The notes below the pieces were generated by a model that did no database searches, was not told the DNA's origin, and saw only the letters and a program-made list of their open reading frames with translations. Source: a bacterium (GTDB lineage: Bacteria > Synergistota > GBS-1). Taken from it: DNA of 64,000 bases. Made by a program: the position numbers and the translations under genes. Location of the stretch: assembly GCA_030153785.1 (NCBI GenBank), contig JASKLF010000006.1, positions 64,001-128,000 of the forward strand. Direction: 5' to 3'. This document shows positions 9,404 to 21,187 of this stretch, piece by piece; position 1 is the first letter of the stretch, and the number at the start of each line of letters is the position of its first letter.

Positions 9404-9928
9404 TTAACCCCTTCTCTTAAGATCCTCAAGCTCCTTGCGAAGTATGTCAAGCTGAGCCTCAAGAGCGCTTATCATCGCCTCAAGTTGAGCAATTCTAATT
9501 GTTTTCCAATCGAAAGGGCTACCCCACTCAAAAAACCAACCAAAGGGGAAGTGAAAGTAAGTAAAAAAGTTCTTAAAGAAACTGCTCACCTCTGGCTCCC
9601 ACCTTCTTAAATCACCCTTCTTAAACTTCTCCAAGACATCTATAACTCGCATAGGTAAAATTTTAAAGAGCTCTACACCGGAAAACTTGAAAAACTGAAA
9701 AACCCATGGGTCAAACCCATCACTTATAATAGCTTTTATCCCTTCCTCCATAAGGGCTTGAGCCACCTTTATACCTACACCAGACTTTACCCCCGTTGCA
9801 TACACATTTGTTACACTTTTGTAGCTATCTGAGGCAAGGTCGTATATTATAAAGTATGGTGCACTAATAAAATCGAGATGAGAAAACGATTGCAAATTAT
9901 CACCTGAAGAGCTAATGGCTACCTTCAA
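9404..9928 (-). CDS. NifB/NifX (FeMo-co binding) family protein with C-terminal coiled coil
   Basis: MKVAISSSGDNL...APYFIIYD...GVGIKVAQAL...GIKAII; tail LEAQLDILRKELEDL. Confidence 0.7.
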   Translation of the reverse strand: MKVAISSSGDNLQSFSHLDFISAPYFIIYDLASDSYKSVTNVYATGVKSGVGIKVAQALMEEGIKAIISDGFDPWVFQFFKFSGVELFKILPMRVIDVLEKFKKGDLRRWEPEVSSFFKNFFTYFHFPFGWFFEWGSPFDWKTIRIAQLEAMISALEAQLDILRKELEDLKRRG

Positions 9929-9949
9929 TAAGACATAGCACCTCCTTTC

Positions 9950-10123
9950 CTACTCTTCATCCATGCCACGCTTTGAAGCCCAAAAAGGACACCCATCACT
10001 ACCCTTAACAGAAACCTCCCTTAGTCTACAATGGCCATATCCCAACCCTAAGCTTTCTTCCCCCCACGGAACATCTTCGGGAACAAAATATCTACAAGCA
10101 GCACATATTCTCCTACCCCTCAT
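9950..10123 (-). CDS. Small four-Cys protein (57 aa), not in ORF track
   Basis: SD AAGGAGGT then ATG; MRGRRICAACRYFVPEDVPWGEESLGLGYGHCRLREVSVKGSDGCPFWASKRGMDEE*. Confidence 0.75.
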   Translation of the reverse strand: MRGRRICAACRYFVPEDVPWGEESLGLGYGHCRLREVSVKGSDGCPFWASKRGMDEE

Positions 10124-10187
10124 TTTGATACCTCCTTAAGTTTTTGTTGACATCTGCATAAAACATTTTACCACCCATTTAGAGGCA

Positions 10188-10215
10188 TTGGAAAGGTAAC
10201 ACTATCTGATATAAT
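10188..10215 (+). promoter_or_regulatory. Putative sigma70 promoter for the coiled-coil gene
   Basis: TTGGAA-N16-TATAAT with TG at the extended -10 position. Confidence 0.45.
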
Positions 10216-10251
10216 AGATTACAAAGACCTTTAAAGGAGGAGGGAAAAGAA

Positions 10252-11163
10252 ATGGAAGAAAAAGAAAATCTTAACGAAATCGCTAAAATCGAGGAAGAAA
10301 GGCCCGTAGTTGAAGCGAAAGAATTAGTAGTTAAAGCTCTAAAGGAAATTTTGCCTACAGATGAATTCAGGGAACTAATTCAGGAGACATTAAGACCATC
10401 AATAGAGTACAGATTGTTAAGAGACGAATTCACTCTCCTCTCCGCCAGATTAGAAGCAAGCTTTGAAGGATTCAGAAGAGAAATAAGCGCATTAGCCAGC
10501 GAACTTAAGGCCGACTATAGAATTTTAAAAGAAGAAGTTTTAAGCTCAACAAAAGAAGCTACAGAAAGTCTAAAAGAAACAACTTTAAATCTTCAAAAGA
10601 GTAGCGAAGATATGAAAGAACAAGTTAAAGAAACTTTCTCCAGTATAGAAGAAAAACTGAATCAGGTTTTAAGCCGTATCCAAGGAGAAATTACAGAAAC
10701 ACTTCAAAGAATCGATATTAGAACTCCACTAAGCGAAATCTCGAAAGAGATAGGAAAACTGAAAGAAGAGTTAAAAATCTCTCTTGACAGCGAAATTAAA
10801 AACATGAAGGTTATGCTAGAAGACGCCTCTCACACTATAGGTGGAATGGAAACGAGTCTCATCAATAAAATAAACGAAAAGCTAAACACTGCAGAGGAGT
10901 TTCTGAAAGAAGCAACGACGGAGCTTAAAGAAACACTCTCCAAAACTAAGGAAACTTTAGAAGCGCAAAAGTTAGAAATTCAAACATCCTTAAGGGAAGA
11001 CACAGAAAAACTCTTAGAGCAATTTAATTCCCTTCAAATGAAACTTAACATAATAGAAAATAAACTATCAAGTGTAAACACAAAAAGCTTTCTTAACCTC
11101 CTATTAATCCTTTTAGGATTTGGTGGTATTGCTTTCATCATTTTTAAGCTTATGGGAGGTTAG
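10252..11163 (+). CDS. Long helical/coiled-coil protein with C-terminal membrane anchor
   Basis: E/K/L-rich amphipathic helices; terminal FLNLLLILLGFGGIAFIIF; strong SD AAGGAGGAGG. Confidence 0.7.
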   Translation: MEEKENLNEIAKIEEERPVVEAKELVVKALKEILPTDEFRELIQETLRPSIEYRLLRDEFTLLSARLEASFEGFRREISALASELKADYRILKEEVLSSTKEATESLKETTLNLQKSSEDMKEQVKETFSSIEEKLNQVLSRIQGEITETLQRIDIRTPLSEISKEIGKLKEELKISLDSEIKNMKVMLEDASHTIGGMETSLINKINEKLNTAEEFLKEATTELKETLSKTKETLEAQKLEIQTSLREDTEKLLEQFNSLQMKLNIIENKLSSVNTKSFLNLLLILLGFGGIAFIIFKLMGG

Positions 11164-12282
11164 AAGGTAGACTAAAAGTACTCCCAAAATCACAAAAAGA
11201 CCACCAACTTTAAAAGGAGCACCTAAACCAAACAAGTCCTGAGCTTTCCCGGAAAGCACAGGACCTATGAACATTCCTGCAGAATTAGAAAGTTGAAGTA
11301 TTGACATTGTGGTTGCCATTCCCTTTTCCCTTCCTAACTCAGCCATAATAGCTGATAAAGCGGGGTAAGCTGCTCCGACAACAACCCCTGTAAAAAACAT
11401 TATGATAAGTAACAGGAGATAATCTGTAAGATAAGGAAGAATGAATATTAACAGCGCATAAAATATATTGGATAGGATTATTATTTTTTTCTTCGAATAT
11501 TTGTCTGCCATTTTCCCAAAAGGCCCCTGAACTAAGGCAGTAACTCCCAAAAATATGCCTACAATTATCCCAATTTCATCATATCCAATACCCTTTTTAT
11601 GAGCCATAAAAGGGAAAAAGGTCATCAATATGGCTCTGCTTAAATCCATTGCAAACCCCATAAACCAAAGACTAAAATATTCCCTTTTACTAAATATGGT
11701 GTGGAGGGTTTCCAATAAATCAAGCCTTTTTACCCCTTTAGAGCTACCACTTGAGGAAGGGACAAAAACTACTGCAAGAATAAGGGCAACCGCCGTAAAA
11801 ATCGTCATCCCCCAAAAAGCGGCGTTTATTCCCCAATTCTTAACCAAAAGCCCACTTATCAACGGCCCTCCTGCAAGACCAAGGAAAAAGGCTGTATTCG
11901 CTATACCCATATATAATCCTTCTTTACCAAAAGGAGCCAGCTCTCCAATGTAAGCCATAGCAAGCGGTACTATCATAGAAGAACCTATTCCCTGAAGTAT
12001 CCTTATTCCCATAAGATCTTTCAGATTGCCAGCATAAACATAAAGCACGGAGGAAATAAGATAAATTATCAAGCCTAAGATAATAAAACCTTTCTTTCCA
12101 TACCTATCAGCTATTCCTCCTATTAGAATAACACCGAGCATCCTCGAGAGAGATAAAAGAGAAAATACAAGACCTATTTCTAAGCCTGTCGCTCCAAACG
12201 CCGTAGCGTATATTGGTAATACCGGTATGACTATACCTACTCCTAAAACGGCAATAAATATTAAAAAGGGTAAGGTAACCAT
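11113..12282 (-). CDS. MFS transporter (DHA1-like)
   Basis: About 12 TM segments; motif A GGIADRYGKK and GKMADKYSKK; GPLISG. ATG 12282 preferred over 12306 because the promoter lies between them. Confidence 0.88.
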   Translation of the reverse strand: MVTLPFLIFIAVLGVGIVIPVLPIYATAFGATGLEIGLVFSLLSLSRMLGVILIGGIADRYGKKGFIILGLIIYLISSVLYVYAGNLKDLMGIRILQGIGSSMIVPLAMAYIGELAPFGKEGLYMGIANTAFFLGLAGGPLISGLLVKNWGINAAFWGMTIFTAVALILAVVFVPSSSGSSKGVKRLDLLETLHTIFSKREYFSLWFMGFAMDLSRAILMTFFPFMAHKKGIGYDEIGIIVGIFLGVTALVQGPFGKMADKYSKKKIIILSNIFYALLIFILPYLTDYLLLLIIMFFTGVVVGAAYPALSAIMAELGREKGMATTMSILQLSNSAGMFIGPVLSGKAQDLFGLGAPFKVGGLFVILGVLLVYLLTSHKLKNDESNTTKS

Positions 12283-12285
12283 GGC

Positions 12286-12322
12286 TTGCCATATTATACT
12301 ACTCATTGTAGAATAAAAGCAA
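12286..12322. promoter_or_regulatory. Overlapping divergent sigma70 promoters (psuG on +, MFS on -)
   Basis: + strand TTGCCA(12286)-N17-TAGAAT(12309-14); - strand TTGCTT(12322)-N18-TATAAT(12298-93). Confidence 0.6.
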
Positions 12323-12342
12323 GAAAAGGAGGTGATTTTCTC

Positions 12343-13242
12343 ATCTGGGAAGTAAAAAAGGAAATAAAAGAAGCCTTAGAAGCCAACCAGCCAGTTGTTG
12401 CCCTTGAATCCAATCTCATAACCCATGGTCTCCCTTACCCTCAAAATGTAGAAGTCGCTTTGCTAGCGGAAAAAGTAATAAGAGAACACGGAGCTTTACC
12501 AGCCACCATAGCTATAATCAATGGAACAGTAAAAATCGGGCTAAGCGAGGAAGAAATTCACCTGTTAGGAAACAAAAATAATGCCCTTAAGGTTGGCTTA
12601 AGAGATATACCGGTAACAATAGCAAGAAGGGAAAATGGAGCATTAACAAGTGGTGCAACCTTATGGTGTGCAAGAAAAGTAGGAATAGAAGTTCTTGCAA
12701 CAGGAGGAATAGGAGGAGTACACCGAAATATTGACCAGAGCTTAGATATATCCAACGATCTCCTGGTGCTTTCTGAGGGTTACGGAATAGTAGTTTGTTC
12801 TGGTCCCAAAGCGATTCTTAATCTTGAAGCCACTTTAGAACTCTTAGAAACACTAGGAGTAATAGTTGTGGGATATAAAACCGATGAGTTGCCAGCTTTC
12901 TACTTTAGAAGCAGCGGTATAAGAGTCGAAGTGAGCGCTGATTCTGCAGGAGAAATAGCTCAGATTTATAGAATAGCCAAAGAATTAAGCATAAACAAAA
13001 GCATTTTAGTTACAAATCCTCCTCCTAAAGAATCTTGGGACAAAGCAGAATTTGAACCTTTGCTAAAAGAAGCAATAGAAGAAGCAAGAAGCCTGAACAT
13101 AAAAGGAAAAGCCTTGACCCCTTACCTTTTGGGCAAATTAGCACAGCTAAGCAAAGGGAAAAGTGTTGAAGCAAATGCCAGTATAATCTTGTCAAATGCA
13201 ACATTAGCTGCTAAGATAGCAAAAAAGCTAAAAGAACTTTAG
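12343..13242 (+). CDS. psuG: Pseudouridine-5'-phosphate glycosidase; start probably ATC at 12343
   Basis: PVVALES..THGLPYP, ATGGIGGVHR, DISNDL, GPKAIL, TLELLETLG, GKALTPYLL; SD AGGAGGTGA at 12327-12335. Confidence 0.9.
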   Translation: MWEVKKEIKEALEANQPVVALESNLITHGLPYPQNVEVALLAEKVIREHGALPATIAIINGTVKIGLSEEEIHLLGNKNNALKVGLRDIPVTIARRENGALTSGATLWCARKVGIEVLATGGIGGVHRNIDQSLDISNDLLVLSEGYGIVVCSGPKAILNLEATLELLETLGVIVVGYKTDELPAFYFRSSGIRVEVSADSAGEIAQIYRIAKELSINKSILVTNPPPKESWDKAEFEPLLKEAIEEARSLNIKGKALTPYLLGKLAQLSKGKSVEANASIILSNATLAAKIAKKLKEL

Positions 13243-13243
13243 A

Positions 13244-15499
13244 ATGGAGAAAATGAAAAAAGTAGAATTCAAAATATATGGTGTAGTTCAGGGAGTGGGT
13301 TTTAGACCATTTATCTCGAAGTTAGCTACTTCTTTATCCTTAGGAGGATGGGTTAAAAACACGAGTGAATGCGTAGAGTTAGAACTTATAGGAAAAGAAG
13401 AGAAAATAGAAGAATTCCTACAAAAACTCAAAGGGGACCCTCCTCCTCTTTCTAAAATCGTAAAAATAGAAAAGATAAAAGAAGAGCCTTTTCACCGCTC
13501 TTACAAGCCCCCTTTTAAAATCTTAAAAAGCGAGGAGACAAAAACCGTAAGCAGAGACAAGCTGTGGATACCTCCGGATGTGGGGACATGTGATGCCTGT
13601 TTGAAAGAGATTTTCTCCCCTAATGATAGAAGATATCTTTATCCTTTCACAAACTGCACCAATTGTGGCCCCAGATTCACGATAATAATTGATCTTCCAT
13701 ATGACAGAGAAAAAACAACGATGCGAGCTTTTAAAATGTGTGAAGACTGTGAAAGAGAATATCACGACATAAGAGACAGGAGATTTCATGCTCAACCTAA
13801 TGCCTGCCCCAAGTGTGGGCCACAAATAAAGCTCTTGGACAGGGAAGGGAAGGAAGTTCAGGGAGAACCTTTGGAAAACACATTAAGGTTTCTTAAGGAA
13901 GGGAAAATACTAGCTATAAAGGGACTTGGAGGATTTCATTTAGCTTTGGATGCTCTTAATAAGGAAGCAATCATGGAGCTGAGGCGAAGAAAGAGAAGAC
14001 CCCACAAGCCGTTTGCTTTAATGGCCTTTGCTCCGGAAAGGATACTGAAATTTGCTGAAATAACCCCTGAAGAAAAGGAACTCCTTCTAAGTCCCGCAAG
14101 ACCCATAGTTCTCCTTAAGAAAAAAAGAAACTCCATCTTACCAGAGGAGATTGCACCAAACAATAAATACTTGGGTTTTATGCTCCCCTATACCCCCCTA
14201 CACTACATGATCACAAAGGAATTCGATGCCCTTGTAATGACAAGCGGAAACCTGTCGGATGAACCCATAGTCTACGAAAACGAAGAGGCAATCTCAAAGC
14301 TTAAAGATATCGCAGATTTCTTTCTGATTCATAACAGAGAAATATATACACCGTGCGATGACTCAATCGTGATAAATAAAAGCATAATAAGACGAGCACG
14401 AGGATATACACCACTACCCATAGTTGGAGATGAAGAACTTCCTCCTATACTTGGGTGCGGAGGAGAAGAGAAAGCCTCTTTCGCCTTGAGCCGAGATAAC
14501 ACCATTATCCTAAGCCAATACATAGGAGACTTGAAAGACATAGAAGCTCTCGATAGATACGAAATGCTTATAGATCGCTTTAAAAATCTTTTTGGGATAG
14601 AACCAAGATATGTAGTATGCGACCTTCATCCATTGTATCTTTCAACAAAGTATGCTGAGAAAACTGGCTTACCCATGTTAAAGGTTCAACATCACCACGC
14701 CCACTTAGCAAGCTGTATGTGGGAAAACGGCCTTAAAAACGAAGTTATAGGAATTATCCTGGACGGAACAGGATACGGAGAAGATGAAACAATTTGGGGA
14801 GGGGAAATCCTCGTAGGAGATTTTCTCAAATTTAAAAGAATGGCTTACTTCAAACCTATTCCCCTACCCGGTGGCGAAAAAGCAATAAGAGAACCTTGGA
14901 GAATAGCCTTAAGCTATCTCAGAAAAATAGGAAAGGAGGAACTCATAAAAGAAGCGAAAGCCAAAGAAATATTGAGAATGCTGGAACTGGGCATAAACTC
15001 TCCCTTATCCTCAGGGTGTGGTAGGCTTTTCGATGCTGTATCAGCCTTCTTAGGGATAAGAAAAGAGATCTCATATGAGGCTCAGGCGGCGATAGAGCTG
15101 GAAGGCATTGCTGATGAAAACGAAGAAGAATCTTACTCCACTGAGTTATCTGAATCTAATGGAAGAATATTGATAGATTGGAGGAAAATGTGGAAAGAAC
15201 TTATATCCGACATGGAAAAGGGGGTTCCACCTGAAAAGTGCGCGATGAAATTTCATAACTATGTAGTTAACAGTCTGGTTGAGGCTACTAACGTGGTTCG
15301 CAAAGTAACAAATATAAACGATGTAGTATTAAGTGGGGGTGTGTTTCAAAATCAAATTATTTTAAGGAAAACTATAGAAAACTTGACTAAAAGGGGATTT
15401 AAGGTTTATCATCATAATGAAATCCCAACTAACGACCAAGGATTGGCAGTTGGGCAAATTGCAATATGCGCATCTAAAATAAAGAAAGGAGAGTTATGA
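13244..15499 (+). CDS. hypF: Hydrogenase maturation carbamoyltransferase
   Basis: GVVQGVGFRPF, CDAC/NCTNCGPR/CEDC/CPKCGP zinc fingers, KGLGGFHL, QHHHAH, DGTGYG. Confidence 0.97.
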   Translation: MEKMKKVEFKIYGVVQGVGFRPFISKLATSLSLGGWVKNTSECVELELIGKEEKIEEFLQKLKGDPPPLSKIVKIEKIKEEPFHRSYKPPFKILKSEETKTVSRDKLWIPPDVGTCDACLKEIFSPNDRRYLYPFTNCTNCGPRFTIIIDLPYDREKTTMRAFKMCEDCEREYHDIRDRRFHAQPNACPKCGPQIKLLDREGKEVQGEPLENTLRFLKEGKILAIKGLGGFHLALDALNKEAIMELRRRKRRPHKPFALMAFAPERILKFAEITPEEKELLLSPARPIVLLKKKRNSILPEEIAPNNKYLGFMLPYTPLHYMITKEFDALVMTSGNLSDEPIVYENEEAISKLKDIADFFLIHNREIYTPCDDSIVINKSIIRRARGYTPLPIVGDEELPPILGCGGEEKASFALSRDNTIILSQYIGDLKDIEALDRYEMLIDRFKNLFGIEPRYVVCDLHPLYLSTKYAEKTGLPMLKVQHHHAHLASCMWENGLKNEVIGIILDGTGYGEDETIWGGEILVGDFLKFKRMAYFKPIPLPGGEKAIREPWRIALSYLRKIGKEELIKEAKAKEILRMLELGINSPLSSGCGRLFDAVSAFLGIRKEISYEAQAAIELEGIADENEEESYSTELSESNGRILIDWRKMWKELISDMEKGVPPEKCAMKFHNYVVNSLVEATNVVRKVTNINDVVLSGGVFQNQIILRKTIENLTKRGFKVYHHNEIPTNDQGLAVGQIAICASKIKKGEL

Positions 15500-15502
15500 A
15501 AA

Positions 15503-15724
15503 ATGTGCCTTGCTGTGCCACACAAAGTGGTTGAAATAAATGGGAAAGAAGCCATAACCGAACTTGGAGGGATAAAGAAAAAAACCAGACTCGACCTTCT
15601 TGAAGATGTAAAAGTAGGAGATTTCGTTCTTGTTCATGCAGGATTTGCCATAGAAAAACTTAATCCCGAAGAAGCAAGGGAGATTCTCGATGCTTGGCGA
15701 GAAATTGAAGAACATCAAAGTTAA
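15503..15724 (+). CDS. hypC: Hydrogenase assembly chaperone
   Basis: MCLAVP...VGDFVLVHAGFA. Confidence 0.97.
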   Translation: MCLAVPHKVVEINGKEAITELGGIKKKTRLDLLEDVKVGDFVLVHAGFAIEKLNPEEAREILDAWREIEEHQS

Positions 15725-16745
15725 AAGACACCTCCGGTTTATGGAGGTTTGCGGCACCCACACGGTAAATATTTGTAGATTTGGCTTGAGAAATCTATTT
15801 CCCGAAGAAGTAGAACTAAGAAGCGGACCAGGATGCCCCGTATGTGTAACCCCAGCTTCAGCGATCAAGATAGGAATAGATCTGGCTTTAAAAAATGATA
15901 AATTCGTTATAACAACTTACGGTGATATGATGAAGGTTCCAGGCCCCAATGGCACCTTAGCAGATGCTAAAGCCAAGGGAGGAAAGGTTTTCAGCGTTTA
16001 CAGTATAACCGAAGCTTTATCTTTAGCAGAAAAAAACGAAGACTTAAAAGTGATTTTCTTGGCAGTAGGGTTTGAAACTACGGCTCCAGCAAGTGCATGG
16101 GCGATAAAAGAAGCCAAATTAAAAAACATTAAAAACTTTTTTCTACTATCTTTCCATAAGTTAGTTCCCCCCGCCATGGAACTACTGGCTTCGGAAGGAA
16201 CATTGGATGGATTCCTGTGCCCTGGCCATGTAAGCACGATAATAGGAACAGAGGTTTACAAAAATATAGCGAGAAAATATAAAATCCCATGCGTAATTTC
16301 AGGATTTGAAGCAGAAGACATAATTTTTGCAATGATAAAGCTCATAGAGATGGCGGAAAACGAAGCATACGACGTCTTTAACGCTTATAAGAGAGCGGTT
16401 AAGAAAGAAGGCAATAAGGTAGCGCAAGGACTATTAAACGAAGTCTTTGAGGAAGTAGACTCGGAATGGAGGGGGATAGGTGTAATCCCTAAAAGCGGTC
16501 TGGATATAAAGGAAGAGTATGCCGATTTCGATGCCAAAATCGCATTTAATATAGAAAAAGAGGATATACCCGAAAATCCAGCATGTAAATGCGGAGAAGT
16601 ACTTAAAGGTTACATATACCCTTACGAGTGTCCCCTCTTTGGAAAATCTTGCATACCAGAACATCCCATAGGACCATGCATGATATCCAGCGAAGGAAGC
16701 TGTGCAGCCTATTACCGATATGGAGGGCGATTAAAAGATGATTAA
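15690..16745 (+). CDS. hypD: Hydrogenase formation protein
   Basis: MEVCGTHT, GPGCPVC, GFETTAP, PGHVS, CPLFG..C.P..P.GPCM.SSEG.C. Confidence 0.97.
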   Translation: MLGEKLKNIKVKRHLRFMEVCGTHTVNICRFGLRNLFPEEVELRSGPGCPVCVTPASAIKIGIDLALKNDKFVITTYGDMMKVPGPNGTLADAKAKGGKVFSVYSITEALSLAEKNEDLKVIFLAVGFETTAPASAWAIKEAKLKNIKNFFLLSFHKLVPPAMELLASEGTLDGFLCPGHVSTIIGTEVYKNIARKYKIPCVISGFEAEDIIFAMIKLIEMAENEAYDVFNAYKRAVKKEGNKVAQGLLNEVFEEVDSEWRGIGVIPKSGLDIKEEYADFDAKIAFNIEKEDIPENPACKCGEVLKGYIYPYECPLFGKSCIPEHPIGPCMISSEGSCAAYYRYGGRLKDD

Positions 16746-17718
16746 GCTCGCTCATGGTAGCGGTGGAGAGAAAACAAGAGAATTAATAGAAAAACTCTTT
16801 CTGCCGGCGTTTAAAAATCCTATCTTGGAAAAACTAGAAGATAGTGGAAGATTAAACGGCATCGCCATAACAATAGATGGCTATACAGTAAAGCCCATTT
16901 TCTTCAGGGGTGGAGATATAGGAAAGCTCTCCATAACCGGAACCGTTAACGACCTGGCTGTATGTGGAGCACGACCTAAGGCAATAGCGGTCTCCATAAT
17001 AGTGGAAGATGGATTTCCTACAGAAAAACTTGAAAAAATAGTTTCCTCAATGGCAAAGATTTCAAGAGAAGTAAATGCTCCAATAGTTACAGGGGACTTC
17101 AAAGTAGTATCCAAAGGAGAAATTGATGAAATCTTTATAATTACAAGCGGCATAGGAGAAATCTTTTACCCTTCACTAGGAGCAGATAGAGTATCCGCAG
17201 GAGACAGAATAATAGTTAGCGGCCCTATCGGTGATCATTCATTAGCTATTATGGGAGAAAGGTACGAGGTAGAGCTACCCCAAGGATTTGAAAGCGATTG
17301 TGCCCCCATTTTAAAACTCGTGGAAGCTATAACCCAAGTTGGTGGAATAAAGTGGATGAGGGACCCTACAAGAGGAGGCTTAGCAGCAGCTCTTAACGAG
17401 CTTGCCAAGGCAATTAATAAGGAGATTTTAATCTATGAAGATAGTGTGCCCTTCAGGAAGGAAGTTTTAAACTTTTGCGAAATATTTGGTTTCGATCCAT
17501 ACCACCTGGCATCGGAGGGAAGGTTCATAGCCGTTGTGGACAAAGAAAAATCAGAAAAAATTCTAAGTGAGCTCACAAAGTTTCCAGAGGGGAAGAATGC
17601 TGCAATAATAGGAGAGGTTAGGGAAAAGAGTAAAGGAAGAGTTATAGTTAAAACTAAATTCGGTGGGTTAAGACTTCTTGACCCACCAACGGGAGAACTT
17701 CTACCTAGAATATGCTAA
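16738..17718 (+). CDS. hypE: Hydrogenase expression/formation protein
   Basis: LAHGSGG, GGDIGKL, MRDPTRGG, C-terminal LPRIC. Confidence 0.97.
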   Translation: MIKLAHGSGGEKTRELIEKLFLPAFKNPILEKLEDSGRLNGIAITIDGYTVKPIFFRGGDIGKLSITGTVNDLAVCGARPKAIAVSIIVEDGFPTEKLEKIVSSMAKISREVNAPIVTGDFKVVSKGEIDEIFIITSGIGEIFYPSLGADRVSAGDRIIVSGPIGDHSLAIMGERYEVELPQGFESDCAPILKLVEAITQVGGIKWMRDPTRGGLAAALNELAKAINKEILIYEDSVPFRKEVLNFCEIFGFDPYHLASEGRFIAVVDKEKSEKILSELTKFPEGKNAAIIGEVREKSKGRVIVKTKFGGLRLLDPPTGELLPRIC

Positions 17719-17739
17719 AAGAGGAAGGAGGAACAAGAA

Positions 17740-20006
<2,267 letters not shown>

Positions 20007-20017
20007 AACTCTTAAAC

Positions 20018-20413
20018 TTAACGCTTCGAGCTCTGATAAAGTCTCCTTGCTTTCATTCTTCCGTACTTCTTTCTTTCCTTCATTCTCGGGTCTCTCGTAA
20101 GGAAACCTTTCTCCTTAAGGGAAGGTTTCAAGTCAGGGTCATAAGTAAGAAGAGCACGAGCTATACCTAACCTTATTGCACCAGCTTGACCCGACAAACC
20201 CCCACCTGTAACATTAACATAAATATCAAACTCTTTCTCTTTACCCAAGTAGCTTAATGGCTCAATCGCATGAACTCTCCATGTTTCCCGAGGAAAGTAT
20301 TCCTCCAAACTTCTACCGTTTACCACGATATTCCCTTCCCCTGGTTTCATCCACACTCTCGCAATTGCCGTTTTTCTTCTACCAGTTCCATAATAAATCC
20401 ACTTATTTTCCAA
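20018..20413 (-). CDS. rpsI: 30S ribosomal protein S9
   Basis: [40 protein letters not shown]...SKR. Confidence 0.98.
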   Translation of the reverse strand: MENKWIYYGTGRRKTAIARVWMKPGEGNIVVNGRSLEEYFPRETWRVHAIEPLSYLGKEKEFDIYVNVTGGGLSGQAGAIRLGIARALLTYDPDLKPSLKEKGFLTRDPRMKERKKYGRMKARRLYQSSKR

Positions 20414-20429
20414 ATTCCTCTACCTCCCT

Positions 20430-20873
20430 TTACAGTTCCAACTCCAAAACCTCAGGCTTTTGTGCCTTATGAGGGTGCTCCGGGCCTCTATAAACCTTAA
20501 GTTTTTTAAACATCCTTCTACCCAGCCTATTTTTAGGAAGCATACCCCAAACGGTTCTTTCTATGATCTTCTCGGGAGCCTTTTGAAGCATTCTCTCATA
20601 AGTAGTAACCTTCAAGCCACCAGGGTATGGGGAATGACTATAAAGCTCCTTTTCGGTAAGCTTTTTGCCCGTTAATTTAATTTTCTCCGCGTTAATAACA
20701 ATCACAAAGTCACCCGTATCAAGATGAGGAGTATATATGGGCTTATGTTTACCCCTCAATATGTAAGCTATCCTTGCCGCTAATCTACCTAAAGGCTTAT
20801 CTGTAGCATCAACAATATACCATTTTCTCTGTATCTCCTTAGGCTTTGGTATGTATGTTTTATTCCCAAACAT
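20430..20873 (-). CDS. rplM: 50S ribosomal protein L13 (start ATG 20873)
   Basis: RKWYIVDA...LGRLA...[17 protein letters not shown]...[15 protein letters not shown]. The longer ORF-track N-terminus runs through the promoter. Confidence 0.98.
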   Translation of the reverse strand: MFGNKTYIPKPKEIQRKWYIVDATDKPLGRLAARIAYILRGKHKPIYTPHLDTGDFVIVINAEKIKLTGKKLTEKELYSHSPYPGGLKVTTYERMLQKAPEKIIERTVWGMLPKNRLGRRMFKKLKVYRGPEHPHKAQKPEVLELEL

Positions 20874-20910
20874 AACCCTCTCCTCCTTTTCCTTTGTAGG
20901 CACGCTCTTA

Positions 20911-20939
20911 ATTTTAATATAGCTCCCTACCTTTGTCAA
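20911..20939 (-). promoter_or_regulatory. sigma70 promoter of rplM-rpsI
   Basis: TTGACA-N17-TAAAAT on the minus strand. Confidence 0.8.
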
Positions 20940-20999
20940 GAAATCGTAGATTTTTTCCCACACAGTTATTGATATTTTTCGCACATGTGATACCATATT

Positions 21000-21108
21000 A
21001 TGTGGCAGAGTAGGCATCACACGTTAAGTGCCAAGGGATGGGATGTTGCCCTTGGACGAACGGTGAACCATATCACCGGCGCTGTGATGCCGCATCCGCT
21101 GCCACATC
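21000..21108 (+). promoter_or_regulatory. THF (tetrahydrofolate) riboswitch aptamer
   Basis: GCAGAGTAGG...CGTTAAGTG...GGATGGGATGTTGCC...ACGAA...CGCATCCGCTGC; upstream of a FolT-like S component. Confidence 0.9.
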
Positions 21109-21187
21109 TTCTCATCTTCTTTACATTTTCCTCCTCAAAGATGTGGCAGTTCTCTGCCAATCTTTGAGGAAAGGAGGTGTAAAGAAG

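Noticed and set aside
9404..9928. Nitrogen fixation gene
   Set aside because: NifX-like domains are common in non-diazotrophic anaerobes; no nifHDK in the window.
20874..21187. N-terminal extensions of rplM (to 21020) and folT (from 21038), and ORF 21017..21211
   Set aside because: They run through promoters and the THF riboswitch; SD-supported starts are at 20873 and 21188.
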